Of a stretch of DNA of 64,000 nt, positions 57,133 through 64,000 are shown one piece after another. The notes under the pieces are model-generated. The model did no database searches, was not told the origin of the DNA, and saw nothing but the letters and a program-made list of their open reading frames with translations. The stretch is from positions 1-64,000 of IMG/VR virus record IMGVR_UViG_3300033076_001139; one strand, written 5' to 3'. This DNA is from a virus (taxonomy: Duplodnaviria; Caudoviricetes). Made by a program: the position numbers and the translations under genes. Every line of letters starts with the position of its first letter. Within the stretch, counting starts at the first letter, position 1.

Positions 57133-57347
57133 TGGAGGAGACAAGGGGAATTGCACCCCAACACCTTGTGTGTACAGTCCTACTGAGATACCGTGCGTAC
57201 AGCCGTAGTCGTTACAGGCCTCGTCACACCCATCCCTGGTCCGCGAGAGTTGCCCCTCTCAGCGCCCACCAGTAAGATCATTTTCGAACCGTGGCGTCCC
57301 TTGGAGTTTCTAAGGCTCCGGACGGCAACTTTGCCGTTTCTGTCTCC
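57133..57347 (-). ncRNA. tRNA-like ncRNA (~215 nt) with acceptor stem, T-arm and CCA
   Basis: GGAGACA...GGGG-TGCAATT-CCCC-T-TGTCTCC-T-CCA; starts at predicted +1 of its own promoter. Confidence 0.7.
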
Positions 57348-57352
57348 TCTTT

Positions 57353-57382
57353 CTTATGGCAGGAAGAACGCCGTCTTTTAGA
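57353..57382 (-). promoter_or_regulatory. Conserved phage promoter driving the tRNA-like RNA
   Basis: TCTAAA-N18-CATAAG. Confidence 0.75.
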
Positions 57383-57926
57383 CGTTCTTCAGCGACAACG
57401 GAAATGACCGAGCCATCGTCCGACGCATGTCGGACTTCAGGACTTCAGCCATGACCGTGCGCTCCTTGGTCTTGCGACGAGCACCGATGATGAGCTGCGC
57501 CACGGTGTATCGATCAGTGCCCTGCGCAATACGGGCCAGCGTCGTCTGCTTGCCTGACTTGCTCTTGGAGATGATCCGCACGTACTTCGTGTCGGGTGCC
57601 TGCGCCTCCCAGGCAATGTCGTTGAGACGCCGAACGATGTCCGGATCTTCCCACGACGCCCCACCAACGGGGGTCGCCGCAACAGTCTCTTCCGCCTGGG
57701 GCTCTACCACCACTTCCACGGGCTCAGCCGGCCGCAGATCGAGGACCAGCGCGGAGAGCTTCTCGATGACCGTCTTGGTCACGTAGACGGGGTCGGTCGT
57801 GCCGTCAAAAACCCAGAAACCCTCTCCGTCCTCCAGGCTCGTGTACGCGCCGTGGTCACGGAACTTCTTCTCACCAACGGCCTTGTAGGCCGCGAACAAT
57901 TTCTTCGCTTCATTCGTATCGAGCAC
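57378..57926 (-). CDS. Hypothetical protein
   Basis: Promoter at 57970; GGGAG RBS. Confidence 0.65.
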   Translation of the reverse strand: MLDTNEAKKLFAAYKAVGEKKFRDHGAYTSLEDGEGFWVFDGTTDPVYVTKTVIEKLSALVLDLRPAEPVEVVVEPQAEETVAATPVGGASWEDPDIVRRLNDIAWEAQAPDTKYVRIISKSKSGKQTTLARIAQGTDRYTVAQLIIGARRKTKERTVMAEVLKSDMRRTMARSFPLSLKNV

Positions 57927-57986
57927 GAGTCTCCCTGACGGCAGGAGGTAATTCCCCTGCCGTCAGAGACTTATGCCCGAAATACT

Positions 57987-58247
57987 TCAGGCTTCCTGCC
58001 AGGTGCTGGTGGCGTGGTTGAGCGTGTAGACCTTGCCCTTACGGACGATGGTCACGACGTTATCTAGCCACGAGCTGTCCTCGGAGTGAATAGCGGTGAA
58101 GTTGCCGCCCTCGCTCTCAAGAAGGCCGTAACGGATGGCGTTGTACTTGTTGGCGCGAACGCAGACGAGCTTCTCCTGGCCAGCGACGAACGAGTCGCCG
58201 ACAACAGGGAAGTAGGTCTTGCGTGATAGTGAGCCCTTGCGTGCCAT
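57987..58247 (-). CDS. Hypothetical protein
   Basis: AGGAG RBS before MARKG. Confidence 0.6.
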   Translation of the reverse strand: MARKGSLSRKTYFPVVGDSFVAGQEKLVCVRANKYNAIRYGLLESEGGNFTAIHSEDSSWLDNVVTIVRKGKVYTLNHATSTWQEA

Positions 58248-58333
58248 TTGAAACTCCTGTGAAAAATGCCTTTTCGGCATTTTGCCTATAAACAGGGCTG
58301 GTCATTTTGGCGAGCGCGGATAGATAGATTTTT

Positions 58334-58633
58334 ATGGCGCACCTATCGTATACAGGTAAGGACGGGAAACGAACAACCGCCGGCTTGGCAGGAAATCGTA
58401 GCCTTTCTGCGCACTTAAAAGATCTTGGCGTACTTGGTACCGCCGCAAAACACGGCGTAGAAAAAAGGGAGAATGCCGAATGGATCACAGTTCCGCTGAC
58501 GTACGTCGTGCGTCCGTCCGACGAATTGCGGGTGCGGTCCCCAGCACAGAGCCCCCCGCCAGGCCTCGCGAAGCTCATTCAGTCGGTGCTGAGCCAAGCC
58601 GTCCCAAGGCGGAGATCAAAGTTCTCGAAGTAG
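58334..58633 (+). CDS. Possible beta-grasp (ubiquitin-like) domain protein
   Basis: Strand-strand-helix pattern ending LTYVVRPSDELRV. Confidence 0.4.
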   Translation: MAHLSYTGKDGKRTTAGLAGNRSLSAHLKDLGVLGTAAKHGVEKRENAEWITVPLTYVVRPSDELRVRSPAQSPPPGLAKLIQSVLSQAVPRRRSKFSK

Positions 58634-59505
58634 CCAGGCGAGGTACAGCTCTTCAGGAGTTTATTCGGGAGGGCCAGCGAGAGTCTTTGGCGGCGGATGG
58701 GGTTCGTACACTCCTGCTTGACGTGACTGCTAAGGCTCCGGGCATCCTCAATGAGATGCTCATGCGTGCGATGGAGAAGGAGTGCCCCGACGCGGTCCTC
58801 ATTCGCGGCGGAGAAGTGCTGTCCGTAATTCAACCAACGCGTTCCTTCGTGCCCTTCTTTTTCGATCACTGCACGCCCTACGAGTTCGGCGCGTCGAGCC
58901 CTCTGCGTACCAAGTTGGCACTCATGCGCTCCTGTCTCTGCTATAGCAGCGTGGCAGAGGAGGCCCTCCGCGCAGCCGGAGTGTCGCGTGTGCGCGTAGT
59001 TGCGGGGCCGCGTGTTCCGTACGTCGGGCTGCCCCTTCCTGAGAAGCTGACAGTAGGTGTCCTCAAGACCTCGGCAGATGCGGCACAGACGCTCTCCAGC
59101 ATCGTGTCGATGCGCTCCCAGCACGACCGAGATTACCGGATCGTATCTTCCATCAAGATGAAGGGAGTGGACCTGCTTCCCTCCGACATCGACGTGGCGG
59201 AAGCCTCGACAGTACTTGTCTCCCCCACGGATTTCGGAGACATCGGCCAGCCCCACGAGGGCGCGGCTCTGGCTCTCGCCTTTGGACGTACCCTGATCAC
59301 GACGCAGACCTCGGGGTTTGCGCAGATAAACTTCCCGGCGGGCACGTTCATTCAGGTTGTGAAGTACTCGGCAAATTCCTACGCTTCTGCGGTAGAGGTA
59401 TTCTTGGGCAGCAACACCCAGCGAAAGTTACTGGAATGGGTATCGGAAGACCGTACCTTCCCTGACCCGATCCCGGGTATTATTCGCAAAGGCCTGGAGA
59501 AGTAA
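58480..59505 (+). CDS. Glycosyltransferase (GT-B)-like protein
   Basis: VLVSPT...EGAALALAFGRTLITT; start uncertain. Confidence 0.5.
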   Translation: MDHSSADVRRASVRRIAGAVPSTEPPARPREAHSVGAEPSRPKAEIKVLEVARRGTALQEFIREGQRESLAADGVRTLLLDVTAKAPGILNEMLMRAMEKECPDAVLIRGGEVLSVIQPTRSFVPFFFDHCTPYEFGASSPLRTKLALMRSCLCYSSVAEEALRAAGVSRVRVVAGPRVPYVGLPLPEKLTVGVLKTSADAAQTLSSIVSMRSQHDRDYRIVSSIKMKGVDLLPSDIDVAEASTVLVSPTDFGDIGQPHEGAALALAFGRTLITTQTSGFAQINFPAGTFIQVVKYSANSYASAVEVFLGSNTQRKLLEWVSEDRTFPDPIPGIIRKGLEK

Positions 59506-59932
59506 TGCGCGTAGAAGATGTACCACAGACGGGGCGGGATCGCCGCCGTACGCTCCGACAGGCGCGGATGGGCGTAGTAGTTCTTGAGACCCCCAAGTAC
59601 GCAGACGCGTTCAAGACGTTCTCCAGCCTAGAGTTGCTGTTTGACGCCCTTGACCGCGAAAAGACACGCACGGATAACGTCGGCAAGTTTGCAAACGCAT
59701 TGTCCTCTGCGTGGAACGGGAGGAAGTCGTGGCGGATCTGAAGGTTCTTGTTCCGGCTACCTGCCCTCACTGCTCATCCAAGAAAACAGCCCGCGGCGGC
59801 TACCTGCCCTCAGAGGGCGGTTCTGTATGGAAGTGCAGAAATCCTGAGTGCGAGAAGTCTTTCACGGTAAAGACACTAATTTTCCAGAAGGCACCTTGAC
59901 GCTTGTACTGACGCGTGAGTACATGACAGGTC

Positions 59933-60316
59933 ATGGACTGGGAACCTGACGACATTGAGCCGGAGCCGGAGGAAGCGAAACCCGCTCCCGCAAAGGGGCC
60001 TCCTGGCCTTCGCTCACGCGCTGACGACGTACTTGACGCCGTGGCCGGGCGACCCATCGGCGCGCGTCATCGTCCCTGCCCTCGGTGCCAATCAGATAAA
60101 TTTACCGTGATCTCTCCTCTAGAAGGTGGGGTTGCGTTTCGACGCTGCCAGAAGTGCAAGTTGGAGATTCCCTGGGCGTCTGTCAGCTCGCGACTGATCA
60201 CAGACCAGCACCGGATCCCCTCCTCGGCACCTGGTCCGTTTGCTGGACAGCCCCCACCGCCTCCAGAATTCTCAGACCCCAATACGCCACTCTTCAAGAA
60301 GAAGTCCCGGAGCTAG
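59933..60316 (+). CDS. Zinc-ribbon protein
   Basis: CPRC, CQKC. Confidence 0.6.
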   Translation: MDWEPDDIEPEPEEAKPAPAKGPPGLRSRADDVLDAVAGRPIGARHRPCPRCQSDKFTVISPLEGGVAFRRCQKCKLEIPWASVSSRLITDQHRIPSSAPGPFAGQPPPPPEFSDPNTPLFKKKSRS

Positions 60317-60319
60317 TTC

Positions 60320-61096
60320 ATGTCGAAGACCACGACGCAGTTTTCCGACTCCCCCGCCGCACCCCCTCCGTACCGCAAGATCATTGACCAGGCGAAGGCC
60401 CGTGCCGCAGCGCAGGAGCGTCCGGGCCCAATGCAGGGGGTTCCGCGCTTTGATCAGCTCCCTGACCGCAACTCTCCGATGGAAGTGCAGCCGGTAGCAA
60501 ACACCGACAAGCCCCTTCTCTCGGACAAGACCGTTGAGGGGCTTAAGGCCATCAACGCGCAGGTCCAGCGTACGCAGAAGGCGGCAGAGCCAGAGGACGA
60601 GGTAGCTGAGGTCAAGAAGGCCGAGGAGCTTACTCCTGAGCCATTGGAGCTGAGCGAGGACGAGAAGCTCCGTCAGGCCATTGAGAAGCGCCTCACCCCT
60701 ATCGACATTGGGCAGTACCTTCTCTCTGGCGGAGAGGTCACGCAGAACATCCCCATCATCCCCGGCAAGCTTGAGGTGAAGTTCCGCACGATCACCGAGT
60801 ACGAGGAAGGCTGGGTGGACACCTACCTCGGCAAGCAGAAGGAGCTGACGAACCGTCAGGTACTCCGCGCCCTGAACGAGTGTAGCCTCGCCTGCTACAT
60901 CGAGAGCGTCAACGGCGTGAAGTGGCCCCCTGCTATTGGACGCGACGGACAGGTCATCCCACAGAATATCGACGAGCGGCTTTCGCGCGTCCGTAAGTTC
61001 CACTCCAGCATCTTTGCCCTGATGGTGCAGAACCTCGGCTGGTTTGTTGAGCGTGTCAATAAGTCGCTGACCACGGAAGCTCTGGGAAATGGCTGA
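60320..61096 (+). CDS. Putative tail assembly chaperone (gpG-like)
   Basis: VKFRTIT..EE...ESVNG; ends in slippery G GGA AAT. Confidence 0.6.
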   Translation: MSKTTTQFSDSPAAPPPYRKIIDQAKARAAAQERPGPMQGVPRFDQLPDRNSPMEVQPVANTDKPLLSDKTVEGLKAINAQVQRTQKAAEPEDEVAEVKKAEELTPEPLELSEDEKLRQAIEKRLTPIDIGQYLLSGGEVTQNIPIIPGKLEVKFRTITEYEEGWVDTYLGKQKELTNRQVLRALNECSLACYIESVNGVKWPPAIGRDGQVIPQNIDERLSRVRKFHSSIFALMVQNLGWFVERVNKSLTTEALGNG

Positions 61097-61527
61097 GAAC
61101 CCCAGTCGGTTGGGCACGCGCCAACGTGCTCTACGACAAGATGAGGGAGCCGCCGCGCTACGGCTCCTTGCTGGAGGTTCTCTGCCTCATCATCTGGAAG
61201 CACCGGCAGTCGCTCATGGTTGCTAGCGTACGCGCGCAGGCTCAGGCGTCTATCGGTGGCGATGCTGCCGTAGAGGCGTTCAAGGAGTTCAAGTCACAGG
61301 TGAATCGGATCGAGATCGAGGACCAAGAGAACAAGATGCGTTCCGCGCTCAAGGACTGGTCCAAGGTACCGGAAATCCGCTTCAAGCCTGTGGCTCCGTT
61401 AGGAGCGGCTCCGGCACTTCCCTCTACGATCAAGTCGTCAGAGGTAGACGCGGTAGACGAGCACAAGGATGCAATTCGCCGCGTGCTCAACAGTTCCAAG
61501 CTACGTCCCCTTCCGAGGAATAAATGA
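61084..61527 (+). CDS. -1 frameshift extension (gpT-like)
   Basis: -1 frame is open from the slippery site: GKWLRTPVGWARANVLYDK... Confidence 0.6.
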   Translation, partial: GKWLRTPVGWARANVLYDKMREPPRYGSLLEVLCLIIWKHRQSLMVASVRAQAQASIGGDAAVEAFKEFKSQVNRIEIEDQENKMRSALKDWSKVPEIRFKPVAPLGAAPALPSTIKSSEVDAVDEHKDAIRRVLNSSKLRPLPRNK

Positions 61528-61796
61528 CTCTCATCGCATACGGAGAAATCCGTTTCCTGACGGGCGAGGCCTCTCTGTTTGCGCGGTTTGCGCAGGCTGA
61601 CGGCGCGACCTTTGACATGCCTCTCAGCGAGGAGCAGTTCACGATTCTCCTTGCGGGGGTTGGTGCGGGCACGCAGACGCCCGCACCCCCGCAGCCACAA
61701 AAGCGTGCGTCCATAATGGAAGAGGAAGAGGACGGCGTGGACGATTCCCGCCCATTCTCCGTAGCATTCCAGGACGAGGATGATGACGAGCTATGA
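61524..61796 (+). CDS. Hypothetical acidic protein
   Basis: ATGA overlap. Confidence 0.6.
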   Translation: MTLIAYGEIRFLTGEASLFARFAQADGATFDMPLSEEQFTILLAGVGAGTQTPAPPQPQKRASIMEEEEDGVDDSRPFSVAFQDEDDDEL

Positions 61797-62060
61797 GCGA
61801 CCTACTGCGACTTGAGCACAAGATCGACCTGATCATTGCTGCTCTTCAGCACAAGGGAATCCTACTGCCTACCCGTGATCTCCCACAGATGACGGAAATG
61901 GGCACGCCAGGAGATAACTGCCCCGCGTGCGGGTCGCAGGTTCGCCTGACCTTGGATTTTGCCAAAGAAGGCATCATCCGCACATGTGCGTGCGTGCCGC
62001 CAATCCGGGTTGTTCCCGGAATTTCCTCTCTTCTCAATCCCCCCGCCATAAGGAGCGACA

Positions 62061-62456
62061 ATGCCCTCAGTAGCAAGCCCGAAGCAGACAACGCAGTTTC
62101 ACCCGACGCTACGCCGCAAGGTGGTGGCCTCGGCGGACGTACTTCTCCAGCAGGTCCAGGTAGTCGATAAGGACGGAGCGATCCGCAGCCTTATCGTCTG
62201 GCGTTGCGGCACGGACGGCTTTTATGCCGAGAGCATCGCGGCCCTCTCTGACCCCCAGCGTCTGCGTGTTCTTCCCGCTTGGGTCAAGGAGCAACTTGAG
62301 GGGCTCGGAGCAGACCGCGATCTTGACTGGCGTGGCAATCCTAAGACGGGTGCCAAGCCGGTGACTGCGTCGGTTCAGATGCCGCTCCCCTCTGCCGCGC
62401 CTGTTGCCCCCGTAAAGGGCGGCGATGACGACCTTCCGGACTTCAAGTCCGCCTGA
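62061..62456 (+). CDS. Hypothetical protein
   Basis: AAGGAG RBS; acidic DDDLPDF tail. Confidence 0.65.
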   Translation: MPSVASPKQTTQFHPTLRRKVVASADVLLQQVQVVDKDGAIRSLIVWRCGTDGFYAESIAALSDPQRLRVLPAWVKEQLEGLGADRDLDWRGNPKTGAKPVTASVQMPLPSAAPVAPVKGGDDDLPDFKSA

Positions 62457-62465
62457 GAGGTAGAC

Positions 62466-62624
62466 ATGGCGACCGTAAAGGATGATCGACTTCAGATCCG
62501 TATTGATGCGGATCTGAAGGCCCGTTTCAAGAACTACGCCGACAAGCGCAAGGTTGAGATGAGCCAGATCCTAGAGGACTACATTCGCCGACTTCTCAAC
62601 AAGAAGGACGACGATGCTACCTGA
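62466..62624 (+). CDS. Ribbon-helix-helix DNA-binding protein
   Basis: Translated by hand: RLQIRIDADLKARFKNYADKRKVEMSQILEDYIRR. Confidence 0.75.
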   Translation: MATVKDDRLQIRIDADLKARFKNYADKRKVEMSQILEDYIRRLLNKKDDDAT

Positions 62625-63144
62625 GATCGAAGCCAAGGTTCCCGTTACAGAGGTTGTGCCGTTGGTAGGTACAACTCTGTCAAGTTTACTCGACCAACTC
62701 AAGGGCATCTTCGCGGGCACATATCGGGTTTCTCGGTTTGTGTACTCTCGCGGAGAAGCACTCAGAGTAGAGCGGCTTGTGCCTGTGTCAGTTGCTAATT
62801 CCTCGCGGGATCAGTTTGCCACGCCATTCCAATTTGCGCGGCAGCACTCCCGTATTGAGCTACAGGAACGGGACGACTTCGATTCCTCATTGAGCATGGT
62901 TTTCCGGGCGATCACACGTTGCCGTGACGAGAAGTCCCCTGCGCGGTTTCTGGTTTGTCGCCAGGAGTCGCGCGCGAATCAGTGGGTATTCGACGAGGCC
63001 AAGTTTTCGTTGTCTACGATTTTCGGTCTCACTGTTTACGAAGACCCTGACACTCCCGAGGGCTGCCTCGTTGTGTGTGGGTCTAGTGCTGGCGACCTAA
63101 TCTCTGACACGGAGTTCAGCGTCGTATGCCGCCTGAAGGAATAA
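62614..63144 (+). CDS. Hypothetical protein
   Basis: Operon context. Confidence 0.6.
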   Translation: MLPEIEAKVPVTEVVPLVGTTLSSLLDQLKGIFAGTYRVSRFVYSRGEALRVERLVPVSVANSSRDQFATPFQFARQHSRIELQERDDFDSSLSMVFRAITRCRDEKSPARFLVCRQESRANQWVFDEAKFSLSTIFGLTVYEDPDTPEGCLVVCGSSAGDLISDTEFSVVCRLKE

Positions 63145-63246
63145 ACGAACCGCCGGAGCAAGATCAGCCGGAGGACTACTCCTCTTGGGATACGCCGCCG
63201 TCTGATCCTGAACTTGAAGACCCCCTACAACAGTTGTACGCGCTGA

Positions 63247-63813
63247 TTGAGCGCGATCTCAGGATGGGACATGTTCGCGAGTCAGATTGAGAAATCCTCT
63301 GTTGTCACTTTAGTCTCTGAGGAGACAAGTGAGGACGGCGGGTCACACAAGGTATTGCTGCGCGTCACGGATATGCGGCGCTGGGGCAAGATGGTGGTGT
63401 CTCTCCTAAAGGCGCCAGAGGAGGCAGCGGAGGAGCCGTCATTTGGGGTATCTGTCCGAAAGGAATACTACCTAGACGAAGGCGGCTCTCCGACGTTCTG
63501 CTGGGTTCTGCTGTTCTGGGGAGAGATTGACGATGCCGTAGAGGCGTGCGGGCCTCTGCTTGGCAAGAGCTACGCGCCTCCTCCGCCTCCCGCCGGGGCA
63601 GTTGTTGCTGCACCGGCAGCCAAGAAGCAGGCCATCCCAATGCAGAAGCGACGTGTCACATCGGAGGACGGAACCGAGCGCGTGCTTACTGTCGTCCCTC
63701 TCGGTGGCCATGGGGCCGAACGTAACGTCAAGGGAAAGTCTCCTCGGCGTGCCTTTGTGGACAATACCAACTTCGCAAATGACGGAAGCAACCCGCAGGA
63801 GTCCTCGATATGA
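63247..63813 (+). CDS. Hypothetical protein (start uncertain)
   Basis: Operon context. Confidence 0.55.
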   Translation: MSAISGWDMFASQIEKSSVVTLVSEETSEDGGSHKVLLRVTDMRRWGKMVVSLLKAPEEAAEEPSFGVSVRKEYYLDEGGSPTFCWVLLFWGEIDDAVEACGPLLGKSYAPPPPPAGAVVAAPAAKKQAIPMQKRRVTSEDGTERVLTVVPLGGHGAERNVKGKSPRRAFVDNTNFANDGSNPQESSI

Positions 63814-64000
63814 GCCAGGACAATAAGCAGTTTGAGGAATTCCGGGCTCGACTCTTTGAGGAGATTAAGGAAGAGAGCGAAAAGACCGCATCGGAAATGC
63901 AGAAAAAGGCGCGGTACAAGATCCAGCTTTTCTTCCAATCTGAGAGGTCGGACAAGAAGCCCATCGCCTTTACCCTCTCGGTGTGGGAGTCCGGAAAGCG
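63810..64000 (+). CDS. Hypothetical protein, 3'-truncated
   Basis: ATGA overlap; open to window end. Confidence 0.6.
   Translation, partial: MSQDNKQFEEFRARLFEEIKEESEKTASEMQKKARYKIQLFFQSERSDKKPIAFTLSVWESGK

Noticed and set aside
57133-57347. Calling the element tmRNA
   Set aside because: No G3-U70/A73 alanine identity, no typical D-loop motif, no convincing tag ORF, too short
63126-63290. Short ORF MPPEG...QLYALI that could join 63247-63813 by a +1 shift
   Set aside because: No recoding signal; cannot be told apart from a sequencing indel without reads

Overview
A 64-kb segment of a large, GC-rich, contractile-tailed (myovirus-like, probably jumbo) phage. The host is unclear; a Myxococcota/delta-proteobacterial host is only my inference from gene style. 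Layout: (1) + strand virion genes at 1-5.4 kb (tail sheath, tail tube, basic proteins with a shared F..ELEK[LI]A leader) and 11.4-15.1 kb (tail-fibre-like genes); (2) a MoxR-type AAA+/VWA pair and a ParB-like gene at 6-10.7 kb; (3) a long minus-strand accessory region at 15-58 kb, built from short units with one conserved promoter (TAAA-N17/18-CATAAG) and hairpin-TTTTAG terminators. It carries IF-1, ThyX, dCMP deaminase, a Tad1-like protein, a 2H phosphoesterase, HNH and GIY-YIG nucleases, 13 tRNA genes and many small paralogous ORFs; (4) a lysis cluster at 52.9-55.3 kb; (5) + strand genes at 58.3-64 kb including a tail-chaperone-like -1 frameshift pair. Most notable: a ~215-nt tRNA-like RNA with acceptor stem, T-arm and CCA; a ~195-nt RNA with a predicted kissing loop; a leader-plus-cargo protein system with K-x-A boundaries; a shared gene-end module (ERGEHRREE) at gene junctions; and atypical tRNAs (Lys anticodon on a Tyr-like long-arm body; Ile-UAU next to an HNH and a tRNA remnant). 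Family and DUF names come from motif recall, not from database searches.
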